Source: a virus
Length of the DNA: 64,000 nucleotides
Strand: one strand, 5' to 3'
IMG/VR virus record: IMGVR_UViG_3300042564_004498
Location: 32,001-96,000 of that record
Part shown: piece after piece, positions 46,712 to 56,129 of the stretch
Layout: each line of letters opens with the position of its first letter
Numbering within the stretch: position 1 is the first letter of the stretch
The notes under the pieces: generated by a model
The model's input: the letters and a program-made list of their open reading frames with translations, nothing else
What the model was told of the DNA's origin: nothing
Databases searched by the model: none
Position numbers and translations under genes: made by a program

Positions 46712-47164
46712 TTAATTTTGGGCGAATGCTTTATCCGCCCAAGTTTTAGCTCCCATTCTACCCCATAATTCCATGTCACACATGTCAGGGAATGATTCTC
46801 TCATTGTTCCTACGGTTAACACATTCAAAAACCCTTTGTCAATTGAGTACCATTTACCGCTTTTAGTTGTGTAAACATTCATCCAATGACCGTACTCATT
46901 TTTTACTTGGATGTTAACTAAAGAATTTTTTCCGTATCCTCTGATAACTTCAGATGCAGTTCCTTTAGTATCGTGGATATTGATGAACCCCGCTTGACAT
47001 TTATTTGCAATACGGAATTCGTAGTCTTTGTCTTGGTCTTTGATGTGGTTAGAAACCATTACAGAAACTCTTTTGTTTTTTACTGTAGTGTTGAAAGTGC
47101 CGTAGAATACATCTCCAGCTAATGTTCCTTCTGTTACTTTGATGATGGTGTTTGTAGTTGTCAT
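46712..47164 (-). CDS. Hypothetical protein
   Basis: Promoter/leader shared with the 45744 gene. Confidence 0.7.
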   Translation of the reverse strand: MTTTNTIIKVTEGTLAGDVFYGTFNTTVKNKRVSVMVSNHIKDQDKDYEFRIANKCQAGFINIHDTKGTASEVIRGYGKNSLVNIQVKNEYGHWMNVYTTKSGKWYSIDKGFLNVLTVGTMRESFPDMCDMELWGRMGAKTWADKAFAQN

Positions 47165-47221
47165 AGTCTTATCGTTTTTGTGTATACAAAGATAAGGTTT
47201 AATTCCGAACTACCAAAACTT

Positions 47222-47470
47222 TTATTTATTTTTACAAATATGTTCTTGGTAACAACCTTGACCAGCACCTTCAAGATAACCATCCCTCAAGTCTATGTGT
47301 GTAGATATTAAATAAGGCGTATCTTTACCGCATATTACACATTTATCATATTGTGGTTGTTCAGAGTTTCTCTTTGCCTCCCAATATTTATTTCGGACTT
47401 TTTCACCAAGCATCTCATTATTTGGTGTTTCCAAAATTTCTTTTTCTGTTAAAGTAACTAATATTTCCAT
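47222..47470 (-). CDS. Small Cys-containing protein
   Basis: CVICGK...YLEGAGQGC. Confidence 0.6.
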   Translation of the reverse strand: MEILVTLTEKEILETPNNEMLGEKVRNKYWEAKRNSEQPQYDKCVICGKDTPYLISTHIDLRDGYLEGAGQGCYQEHICKNK

Positions 47471-47532
47471 AGTGATAATATTTTTTTATAAATATAGAAA
47501 TTAACTATTAGAAAACAAAGGTATTTATTAAT

Positions 47533-47922
47533 ATGATTAATGAAGAAATTTTAACAGAAAAAATTAAATATATTATAATCTCTGAATCAGGAAAAGAATT
47601 TGAGATTATGGATGTCTCATTAGAAATGGATTATTTATCTAACGACAAATTAACAATTGAATCGTATCGTGTTTTTGTTAAATTTGATTATAATAATGCT
47701 ATTGACCCTGATTTACATTATTTCACTAAAGATATTACAAGAATGTCTGAAAAAATGCGTAATATTATTAGCAAATATGTGATAGACTCCAAAGGTAAAT
47801 TAATACAAGGAGGTGAAAATACTTCCATAAGTGAAGGTGATATTTGGACATTAGATTTCGCTGCAGATGAAAGACATATTTTTGATATGTCTTACCTAAT
47901 TGTACCAAATAAAGAAGATTAA
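47533..47922 (+). CDS. Hypothetical protein
   Basis: TATTTAT-N4-ATG; MINEE. Confidence 0.7.
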   Translation: MINEEILTEKIKYIIISESGKEFEIMDVSLEMDYLSNDKLTIESYRVFVKFDYNNAIDPDLHYFTKDITRMSEKMRNIISKYVIDSKGKLIQGGENTSISEGDIWTLDFAADERHIFDMSYLIVPNKED

Positions 47923-47924
47923 TT

Positions 47925-48776
47925 ATGAGCGAAAAATTACAAAGACTATCAATAAAAATGGCGGAATTATTCCCCAAAGATGCTTCATCACCTCAAGTAT
48001 ATTATGATTTATTTAAAGACATATACAAACAACAAAAAGACTATTTTTTTAATTTTGACCCATCAGATATTATTAAATTAATATTCTACATATACTCTTA
48101 CAACAAAACAAATAATTTTAAGTTAGCCGATTTAATGTTAAACAAAATAGGGTTTGCTAGTTTATTTATAACTCAAGGAGATAATTACCTTGAAACTTGT
48201 TCAGATTGTGGTGGTAATGGTGAAGTGGATTGTAGTAGTTGTGACGGGTCAGGGGAAGTAGAATGTGATGAATGTTATGGTACAGGAGAAGTAGAATGTG
48301 ATGAATGTCTTGGTAGTGGGGTAGATAGCAATAACCCAGAAGAACAATGTTCTGAATGTAATGGTTCAGGTGTTAGAACATGTGGTTCATGTCACGGAGA
48401 TGCTGAGTTAGATTGTGACAATTGTAATGACGGAAAAGAACTTTGTTATAGTTGTGATTCAACAGGTGAGATTGAAACCGATAAATTATTATATGACTAT
48501 TATGTTATTTGTACTTGGGACACATTTATTAAGGACCGATGTGAATTAAGAGCTGAGACCCTTGAACCAGCTTTATCTGAATATGATTTTGATAGATTAA
48601 GAGACGATTTTATTGTATTAGGATATCAAGAATCTTATCAAAGATTTATTGACGGAATACAAACTAACGAAGTTTATTGTTCCAACTATAGTGATGAACC
48701 AGAATTACATAAAAGTTATTCATCAGATTATAAAATTTGGATGGATGATAGTGATATGATACGATACGAAGGATAA
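47925..48776 (+). CDS. Protein with DnaJ-type CxxCxGxG zinc-finger repeats
   Basis: Eight CxxC units (CSDCGGNG, CSSCDGSG, CDECYGTG...); no J-domain HPD. Confidence 0.8.
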   Translation: MSEKLQRLSIKMAELFPKDASSPQVYYDLFKDIYKQQKDYFFNFDPSDIIKLIFYIYSYNKTNNFKLADLMLNKIGFASLFITQGDNYLETCSDCGGNGEVDCSSCDGSGEVECDECYGTGEVECDECLGSGVDSNNPEEQCSECNGSGVRTCGSCHGDAELDCDNCNDGKELCYSCDSTGEIETDKLLYDYYVICTWDTFIKDRCELRAETLEPALSEYDFDRLRDDFIVLGYQESYQRFIDGIQTNEVYCSNYSDEPELHKSYSSDYKIWMDDSDMIRYEG

Positions 48777-48778
48777 TT

Positions 48779-49276
48779 ATGAGTAATATAAAAACATTTT
48801 TAAAAGTCTTAAATAAAGTTGGTTACCCAAATCCTGACTTAGATTCTATTTTCAGAATGGTAGATTACGACTTATATGATTTATTACCTGACTTAGTTAA
48901 TGAGGTTGGTGAAGATGGTGCCAATGACTTTATTGAAAGGGCTATAAGTAAAGTTTATAATGGTGGTAAAGGAATTAGAGTTACCGTTAATGATGGAGAC
49001 TATGGTGAATATGCATACATTAAACTTGAAAACCCTCATGTTTCTTTAGAGAATGACGACACAACAGTACTTTCAAGATGGAGTTGGGGAGAAACTAAAT
49101 TATTAACCTCAGACGAGGATGGTAATGAAATTTACAAAACCATGGACCAAATATCTGAAGAGACTGACATGGGAGATTGGGGAGAATATGAAGAACTTGT
49201 TGAATACATAAAAACTCAATGTAATGATTTTATGTATAGAAATTGTGGGTTTGGCATTTGGTGGGATGAACAATAA
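48779..49276 (+). CDS. Hypothetical acidic protein
   Basis: Operon ORF before terminator 49275-49301. Confidence 0.7.
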   Translation: MSNIKTFLKVLNKVGYPNPDLDSIFRMVDYDLYDLLPDLVNEVGEDGANDFIERAISKVYNGGKGIRVTVNDGDYGEYAYIKLENPHVSLENDDTTVLSRWSWGETKLLTSDEDGNEIYKTMDQISEETDMGDWGEYEELVEYIKTQCNDFMYRNCGFGIWWDEQ

Positions 49277-49340
49277 AAAAGAGAGACCGAAGTCTCTCTT
49301 TAGGGCCGTACCGTTTTAGTACAGATTCCACCACCAAGTT

Positions 49341-49637
49341 TTATCTAACTTGGAAATCATTATCTCTAAAAATTTGATTCACTAATTCTTCTAATCTTTT
49401 ACCCGACATGTAACCAGCAACCTCTCCATCATCAGGACAAAAGAAATTAGTCATAAATTCACCCGTTTCCAAATTAATAATTGCTAATTCAAATGTATTA
49501 ATAAAATCCCCATATAATCCTTGACAACCACCTACAATAGAAAACTTAATAACATCGTTACTAATAACCGTAATTCGCCCTTTCTCTCTTACAGGATGTT
49601 GTTTTGACCAATCAATTATATTTTGAATTGTTATCAT
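49341..49637 (-). CDS. Hypothetical protein
   Basis: SIVGG..GLYGD...FELAI. Confidence 0.65.
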   Translation of the reverse strand: MITIQNIIDWSKQHPVREKGRITVISNDVIKFSIVGGCQGLYGDFINTFELAIINLETGEFMTNFFCPDDGEVAGYMSGKRLEELVNQIFRDNDFQVR

Positions 49638-49927
49638 TTTTGATTTCTAATTTGTTTTAACTTAACCTCTAATAAATCAATATTAAATCTGTCGTTTTTA
49701 CTTTTGTTTGGTTTATTTCGTAACTCCTTAATAAGCTCAATAACAGTTTCTTCCTCTGTTTTTTCTTTAACTTCCTCCTTAATCACATCCAAAGGAATGA
49801 TTGGTTCAGGAATATTTTTTTTGATTTGTTTGTTAGCATGACTCTCACCAAGTTTATATGCTCCGTATAGAAGAGCTCCCGCTCCTGCGATTTTAAGGAT
49901 TCCTCCTAATAATGTGTCTCTACTCAT
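49634..49927 (-). CDS. Hypothetical protein with N-terminal hydrophobic helix
   Basis: LLGGILKIAGAGALLYGAY. Confidence 0.6.
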   Translation of the reverse strand: MSRDTLLGGILKIAGAGALLYGAYKLGESHANKQIKKNIPEPIIPLDVIKEEVKEKTEEETVIELIKELRNKPNKSKNDRFNIDLLEVKLKQIRNQK

Positions 49928-50205
49928 TTTGTTTCTAACGCCTCCATTTTAGATTTATTAATAAGATGTTCTGCCAGTGTGTAATTATCAACATTAGTTG
50001 TGATAATTGAATTAACCAAGTGTTTGTGAGGAACATGAACTAAAAAATCAGTTCCGTTAAAGAATGTTAAATCATTCTTAAGTTCAATACAACCTTGAAC
50101 CATTTTCAAAAACAGTTTGAATTGAGTCGCGTTTACAAATGTTTCGCTCAAAAGTACACCGAATGTTTCGTGTTGAATCTTAATGTTATGTGAGTTCATG
50201 TTCAT
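49924..50205 (-). CDS. Hypothetical protein
   Basis: TATCTTTG promoter upstream. Confidence 0.65.
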   Translation of the reverse strand: MNMNSHNIKIQHETFGVLLSETFVNATQFKLFLKMVQGCIELKNDLTFFNGTDFLVHVPHKHLVNSIITTNVDNYTLAEHLINKSKMEALETK

Positions 50206-50264
50206 ATCCCTTTGTTTAGATTACAAAGATAAACATTATTTCTTTAGTAAAAAAATAATTAAAC

Positions 50265-50295
50265 AAAAAAAGGTGTTACATCACTGTAACACCTT
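50265..50295 (-). terminator. Intrinsic terminator of the large ncRNA
   Basis: AAGGTGTTACA-GTGA-TGTAACACCTT followed by TTTTT. Confidence 0.85.
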
Positions 50296-50299
50296 CTTG

Positions 50300-51165
50300 G
50301 CTAATACGATGAGAATACTCGTCTTATTGAGAATCTTTAGAAGGATTATTGTTTCCCTTCGTTTCCACTATCTTTTGGATAGTAATCCTCATTGCCGATT
50401 AGTTAGACTAATCACTCCTTAAGGTAATAACCACTCTCTTACTACTCTACTCTCTTCAACCTTGCGAGCTAACTCAGGATTCGACTCCTTAGAGGTTTTT
50501 GGTAAAAATACGATTGAACTTGGGATTCTTTCGTGCCACGGACCGCCCGTGACTGTGTAGGCAACTTTCGTTATCACCTGACGAACACTTTTCCGTTTTT
50601 CTGTTAGTTTTTCACCTATTGAAAAGTTTGGTTTGTGTTGTGGATGAGTCCAAGTAGAGGTCCGTCTTAGGCTTCGTTATCTTTTGAACAACAAAATACC
50701 TGTCTACTCGGTGAGATATCCCTATCTCCATATTTTAAGATTACTTCAAACGAACACCTTGGTAGATGTTTTGTAAGGTTAGTAGCGACACCACTCGTTC
50801 TCTAACTTACCTTTCGGTTTTAAGTCCCCTCTCATATTGGAGTCCGCAATAATATTGTTGGAACAATATTTTTTGCTTGACCCCTGTGACTTATTCTTAT
50901 TGTTTTTCCAAACTCAGTTCAGGAACCCACATTCCCAAACCATCCAACCACTTTCCCTAAAGCGTCGCCCTCAATACTCAAGGTCGGATGATATGTCACT
51001 TGTATACTCGAGTTCCATTTCTGAAACCGCAATCCTGTTAACACAACAGGTTCACTTTATCCCCCTTTCGAGGTTTATTTGACGACCATATACAGCCGAT
51101 TATCGTTTATTAAATTAGTCTCAATGTCAACCCGAAGGTCTTGATATCAACATCTAAATGGATAA
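50300..51165 (-). ncRNA. Large (~870 nt) highly structured ncRNA, GOLLD-like candidate
   Basis: No credible ORF; many hairpins with GAAA/GCAA/UUCG loops on the minus strand; promoters and boxA-like motif upstream, terminator downstream; adjacent to tRNAs. Confidence 0.75.
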
Positions 51166-51169
51166 TAAT

Positions 51170-51565
51170 ATTTTCAAAGAACGTAATTCATATTAATGAA
51201 GGAAAGGTCAACCTTACCGAAGTGGGATTTTAACCCTTCCTTCATTTCAATTGTTTTACAAAGGTAGATGAAAGTTTTGACACTGTCAAATTTTTATAAA
51301 ACTTTTTTCTAACAATCTTACTCTGTTACTACCGATAGTGAGATTTGATTTCGGTGATTGTTAAAGACCAAATAGTGTTACCCGTTTGGTTTACAAAGAT
51401 AAGAAAGTTTTTTTGAACTGTCAAATCTTTTTTTAGAAATTTTGTGTTTATTTTTTTAATGACCAAAGTCAAAAACCATATTTTATAACACACCCTCTTT
51501 CATGGTCTTGGGGTTATCTCCAATTGTTTTACAAAGATATGAATAACTTTTCAATTAATCAAACA
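51170..51565 (-). promoter_or_regulatory. Three tandem TTTG-N20-TAnnTTTG promoters with boxA-like elements
   Basis: -7 elements at ~51259-66, ~51394-401, ~51532-39; GTTCTTTGAAA ~51173-83; GGTCTTTAACAA ~51358-69. Confidence 0.75.
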
Positions 51566-51590
51566 CTTTTTAAAACTTTTTTTTAATTAG

Positions 51591-51663
51591 TAGCGGGAGA
51601 AGGACTCGAACCTCCGACCTTATGGTTATGAGCCACACGAGCTGCCAACTGCTCTATCCCACG
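51591..51663 (-). tRNA. tRNA-Met(CAT), initiator-like
   Basis: CGTGGGA TA GAGC AGTTGGCA GCTC G TGTGG CTCATAA CCATA AGGTC GGAGG TTCGAGT CCTTC TCCCGCT A; C1 unpaired, A11-U24; no encoded CCA. Confidence 0.92.
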
Positions 51664-51677
51664 ATGTTTGTTGTTAG

Positions 51678-51750
51678 TTGCGTAGGGCCGGAAACGAACC
51701 GACTTGGACTGGCTTATGAGACCAGTGAGATACCTTACCTCCCCCTCGCG
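51678..51750 (-). tRNA. Atypical tRNA-Met(CAT)
   Basis: CTGGT-CTCATAA-GCCAG anticodon arm, GTCGG-TTCGTTT-CCGGC T arm, acceptor stem with a 1-nt bulge and C1.A72 mismatch. Confidence 0.75.
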
Positions 51751-52020
51751 ATATATCATTATTTTAAAGAACTTCAGATAAAAAATCCCACAAGCTACAA
51801 GGGTTTTCTCAAACTCACACTTGCGGGATTTGTTTCACAAAGATAGGAAAGTTTTTTTGAACTGTCAAATCTTTTTTTAACCGCGAAACATTTTCTGGGG
51901 TGTTTGTCCTTTCGGACATGAACATATAAATATGTCCTTTTTTTTAAAAATACAATAATATTATTGAAATGTCAAATAAAAATTCAAATACTATTATGTT
52001 TTCTAAAGTATTTATTTGAT

Positions 52021-52374
52021 ATGAAGGTAAGAATTAACGATAACAGTTTTAATGTAAAAACATTAATTGATAGAGAATCCCAATCAATTGGGATGATGGG
52101 TAAAGCATTTGATGGAACTTTTAATGGATTGTTATTCTTAATGGATGGTAAGAAACAATGTTTTTGGATGAAGGGTTGTGTAATTCCATTAGACATAATC
52201 ATTATAAAGAACAATGTGATTGTAAATATACATCACGATTGTCCTCCATGTAATAATGAATTTGATTGTCCTTCCTATTGTGGAAACGGTAATATTGTAT
52301 TAGAACTTGAGGGTGGTTCTTGTGAAATCCTCAACATTCAACCGGGTGATAGTATCACTTACGACTTATCTTAA
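52021..52374 (+). CDS. DUF192 family protein
   Basis: GMM...GLLF...FWMKGCVIPLDIII...VLELEGG...GD; TATTTAT-N5-ATG. Confidence 0.85.
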   Translation: MKVRINDNSFNVKTLIDRESQSIGMMGKAFDGTFNGLLFLMDGKKQCFWMKGCVIPLDIIIIKNNVIVNIHHDCPPCNNEFDCPSYCGNGNIVLELEGGSCEILNIQPGDSITYDLS

Positions 52375-53783
52375 TCCTCCGAAGAATTTTTAGACTCCTC
52401 AATTTTTTTCTTTAATACTTTTTGAAATTCAGTAGCAATCATTTTTGTAAACTTAACTGATGGTGAATCATCTTTCTCAGAATCATACTTATACTTACCT
52501 TGTGGTGGTCTTTTACCTCTACCTAAATAATTAAGTCCTGAGATATTGGTAATACATTTGTGACCACCAGAATTAGACTGAATTAAATCCCAAGCATTAA
52601 TACCAATTTTATCCATCAATTCAAGTTCTTGTTCAGATAATTCATTGAATGGTTTTTCCATCATTCTTTCAATTTTTCCTAAGGCTTCTTCTCCACCGTC
52701 CATGAATACAAATTTTCCACCGTAAAGAGCGTCAAAGTCTTTAAAAGTAAAACCAACACTTTCAGGTCCAGCACTTGTTTCACTAACCCATTTCATAGTT
52801 GACAAAGGAATTTTCCTATCCTTTAATTGAGATTCCCATCTAACCAAAACTTCTTGAGCTATCTCCCCAAGATTAACCCCTTTAAGTTCTCTTTCTTTTT
52901 TAAACGGATTACAAGATGCTTGAACAAGACCCATCGGCCAAGCCATGATAAGAAAATCCGCCTCAGGATTATTTCTGAATGGTGTATATCTGTCGTAAGA
53001 CCCAGGCTTAAACATACTACCCCCACCGTATTGAAAAATAATGTTATCAGACACTGTTGGATAGTCTGCCATTTTGTCTGCATAATCTTGTGCATTTTTT
53101 TGTAAGTCTTCAGGTTTGGCGGCATTTGTTTTTGTCATCCAAGCTCTAATGTTATTTAGTATAGACAATAAAGAAGGTTCAGAATCCATAACCAATCCTT
53201 CTAAAAATCCTGGTTTGTTTTTAAAAGCTAAAAGTAATTTGTTTATTACTAAACCTAATAACATTTTATTCTTTTGTAATGAAGAGTCTTTATCTATTCT
53301 GTAGATATAATTAACCACTTCTTTTGGTGTAATATCATGTTTTGCATAATCCGCAGAATCCACGGTATTAATCAATAATATATCAGATGATGGGAATAAA
53401 TCTGTTGGTGAAACTACTTGAGAAATAGTCTCAACATTTGAACGAGCCCCTCTAAATTGTTTGGAGGTACCCTTTTCAACACCAACTTGTTTATCGTGAT
53501 GGTCTGTGTGAATCACAAACATTGGTTTACCATGAGCAAAATCTACTAGAACAGGCATTGTATCCCCTTGAGCGTCATTCTTTTTAACCGAGAACTCCTT
53601 ATCACCATATTGTATAATATGGGCACCAACAACATCAATACCGTTGTCTTCAAGGTATTTTTTCATCGCAATCGCTGTTGTTACCCCATCAAGGTCTTGG
53701 TGAAAATAAATCTCAGCTTTTTGATATCTTTTCTTTAAGGCGTTGATATTTCTCAACCCTGATTCTGATATAATTCTTTTCAT
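52371..53783 (-). CDS. Tagged DHH-family phosphoesterase
   Basis: MKRIISESG; FHQDLDG, LVDFAH, HTDHH, SGGH. Confidence 0.75.
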   Translation of the reverse strand: MKRIISESGLRNINALKKRYQKAEIYFHQDLDGVTTAIAMKKYLEDNGIDVVGAHIIQYGDKEFSVKKNDAQGDTMPVLVDFAHGKPMFVIHTDHHDKQVGVEKGTSKQFRGARSNVETISQVVSPTDLFPSSDILLINTVDSADYAKHDITPKEVVNYIYRIDKDSSLQKNKMLLGLVINKLLLAFKNKPGFLEGLVMDSEPSLLSILNNIRAWMTKTNAAKPEDLQKNAQDYADKMADYPTVSDNIIFQYGGGSMFKPGSYDRYTPFRNNPEADFLIMAWPMGLVQASCNPFKKERELKGVNLGEIAQEVLVRWESQLKDRKIPLSTMKWVSETSAGPESVGFTFKDFDALYGGKFVFMDGGEEALGKIERMMEKPFNELSEQELELMDKIGINAWDLIQSNSGGHKCITNISGLNYLGRGKRPPQGKYKYDSEKDDSPSVKFTKMIATEFQKVLKKKIEESKNSSED

Positions 53784-53786
53784 AAA

Positions 53787-54134
53787 TTAAAATAATTTAC
53801 TTATCCAAGCAACAGCTTTATCAATAATGTCTTGGTCCAATCCTAATTTATGTAATGCTGTATATGTGTCAGGTCCTGGAATTCCGTCAGGGTTAATATT
53901 CTCTTTTTCTTGGAATTTTTTAAGAGCGTTAACCGTAGTTGGTCCCCATTTTTCATCCACAGGTATTTGGAATAATTTACCATTCACCCCAACTTTTTTC
54001 ATTTTAAAATAATCATTAAGAGCCGTTTGTAATTCAAACACTTCTTGACTACTTAGTTGATTTTGTTCTTTAATAACTCTTCTAACTAATTTAGTTAAAT
54101 CTGATTCTGTTAATCTTATAATTCTTTTTGCCAT
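53787..54134 (-). CDS. Tagged peptidoglycan-binding domain protein
   Basis: MAKRIIRLTESDL...VIKEQ; LQTAL...WGPTTVNALKKFQ...DGIPGPDT. Confidence 0.8.
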   Translation of the reverse strand: MAKRIIRLTESDLTKLVRRVIKEQNQLSSQEVFELQTALNDYFKMKKVGVNGKLFQIPVDEKWGPTTVNALKKFQEKENINPDGIPGPDTYTALHKLGLDQDIIDKAVAWISKLF

Positions 54135-54157
54135 TTTATTTTTTAATTTGTATTAAT

Positions 54158-55222
54158 TTACATTCCAGGGATTGGATTTACTTGTCCCGTGAATAAACCT
54201 CTTAAGAATTTAGCGAATGGGTCACCTGTGACATTGTCACTTGACACACTCTGTGATATATCATCTGCGGTATTTTTGATAGGGTCTACTGGTGAGTTTC
54301 CTTCTTTAAACGATTGATTAAAATATTCTTTAGATTCGGGAGTTTTCTGATAATCTTCCATTGACTTAATCATTTCATTTTCACTACCTAATTTTTTAAT
54401 AACTTCTTCCGCTCCTACCCAATTTCCAATACCAATATAATCCAAGAACCCTAACCACCATTTGGTTTGCTGCATCATAATCTTTAATCTTCTACCTTCA
54501 GGGCTTCGGAACACTCTTGGAATTCCTCCGAAGAATGTTTGACTCAAAAATCCAGGTTTAGATAGTGCCGCAACATCAAATACTTTACTATCTTTCATCA
54601 AATCTTTAAGTGCCTGAATATCATGAATTTTAGCTTTACCTAACTTCATGTCGGCTTCTAATGATTTTGCCAAACCACTAACACCTTTACTTTTAGTACC
54701 CGCTCTACCCAATAAAGTGAAATAATCCATAATAGTGTTCTTCATACCTTTGAATGGTCCCACAGGAAGTTCTTTTAAAAAACTATTAACTTTTTCTGCC
54801 CATCCACCAGTACCACCAGCACTTTGTAAGAATTTACCAACAGGTCCTGGGTCTTTAGCAAGACTTGAAATCATTTCAGTTGCTTTTGCAGGATTAGTTT
54901 TAGATAGTTTTATTGCCGCTTCTAATTCTTTTGTTGCTTTGGAGCCAATTTTCATTGCTCCCATAACAGGCTTAGCGACAATGTCACCAACAAAAAATGG
55001 AACCGCAGCTACTAAACTTAAGACACCAAAAAGGGTATCTCCTTGTATAAAATAAGAAATAGCATTGATTGAATCGGTGATTGGTGTTGGGTCTATGATA
55101 CCGACAATATCCATCACATTGTTATACCACGCCTCATTAATTGTTTTCTCACCATTTTTATCTTTAATGATGGATTCTTTAATTAATTTTAATTGGTGTT
55201 CAGTAATTATAATTTCACTCAT
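54158..55222 (-). CDS. Tagged protein with pre-toxin-TG-like hydrophobic segment
   Basis: MSEIIITEHQL...INE|AWY; VGIIDPTPITDSINAISY...SLVAAVPFFVGD. Confidence 0.65.
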   Translation of the reverse strand: MSEIIITEHQLKLIKESIIKDKNGEKTINEAWYNNVMDIVGIIDPTPITDSINAISYFIQGDTLFGVLSLVAAVPFFVGDIVAKPVMGAMKIGSKATKELEAAIKLSKTNPAKATEMISSLAKDPGPVGKFLQSAGGTGGWAEKVNSFLKELPVGPFKGMKNTIMDYFTLLGRAGTKSKGVSGLAKSLEADMKLGKAKIHDIQALKDLMKDSKVFDVAALSKPGFLSQTFFGGIPRVFRSPEGRRLKIMMQQTKWWLGFLDYIGIGNWVGAEEVIKKLGSENEMIKSMEDYQKTPESKEYFNQSFKEGNSPVDPIKNTADDISQSVSSDNVTGDPFAKFLRGLFTGQVNPIPGM

Positions 55223-55280
55223 TTAATCTTTTATTAATAAATATTCGTAGAAACAAAAAAAAGGGTCAATGACCCTTTTA

Positions 55281-56129
55281 TTATAAATCTAATTCTATTT
55301 GTTTGTTTTTATCTATAAAGTGTTGAACTCTATCAGTGGCCACTTTGGTATAATTCTCACTTAATTCAATCCCTATCCATCGTCTTCCACTTACTTCAGC
55401 AGCAACTAAACTAGTACCACTACCTGTGAATGGGTCCAAAACAATATCATTCCTATATGTTAATATTTTGATTGCCTTTAATGGTATATCCATTGAGAAT
55501 GTCGCTTTGGTTTGTTGTTTAGTATCTGCAAAATATTCCCATTGTCCATATACTAAACTCATAAACTCTTTCTTATCCTCATCTTGATACATCATCTTTT
55601 GTTTAATAGTACCATCCTCTTGTTCTAAATCAACCAATTCTCCTTTCCATTGTGATTCACCCTTAACCTTTTTAATACGGTCTTTCTTATAGGCCAATAC
55701 TACACACTCTTTTGGATTATAAATGTATGGACTACTTGGTGACATCCATGAACCCCAAGCTGTGGTTTTACTTCTGTGTGGTGAGTTCTCATCAAGGTCT
55801 ACAAGCCCATAGAATTTAAATCCAACTTTCTTCATCACCGCCCAAAATTCAGACATAAATAATACTCTACCACCTCTATCTTGTACATTTACTTCATAAG
55901 GTATGTTTATTGCAACTCTACCATCATCTTTTATTAACCGATATGCCTGTGTCAACCATTGTTCTGTAAATTCCCAATACTCATCCATCATCATTCTATC
56001 GTCATGACTATCATAATCAATACCAACATTATATGGTGGAGAGGTTACAATTAAATCAATAGTTGACTCAGGAAGTTTAGCCATCTCAACAATACAATCT
56101 CCTTGAATAATTCTTTTTGTTTCTAACAT
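55281..56129 (-). CDS. Beta-class amino-DNA methyltransferase (probably N4-C)
   Basis: IVTSPPYN preceding VLDPFTGSGTS; IGIEL. Confidence 0.9.
   Translation of the reverse strand: MLETKRIIQGDCIVEMAKLPESTIDLIVTSPPYNVGIDYDSHDDRMMMDEYWEFTEQWLTQAYRLIKDDGRVAINIPYEVNVQDRGGRVLFMSEFWAVMKKVGFKFYGLVDLDENSPHRSKTTAWGSWMSPSSPYIYNPKECVVLAYKKDRIKKVKGESQWKGELVDLEQEDGTIKQKMMYQDEDKKEFMSLVYGQWEYFADTKQQTKATFSMDIPLKAIKILTYRNDIVLDPFTGSGTSLVAAEVSGRRWIGIELSENYTKVATDRVQHFIDKNKQIELDL

Noticed and set aside
47925-48776. DnaJ chaperone
   Set aside because: Only the CxxCxGxG repeats are present; there is no J-domain HPD motif.
50300-51165. rRNA fragment, tmRNA, RNase P or intron; also ORFs 50183-50422 and 50837-51082
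   Set aside because: I recognised no rRNA, tmRNA or RNase P signature, and there are no flanking exons. The short plus-strand ORFs lack expression signals and overlap the structured RNA.
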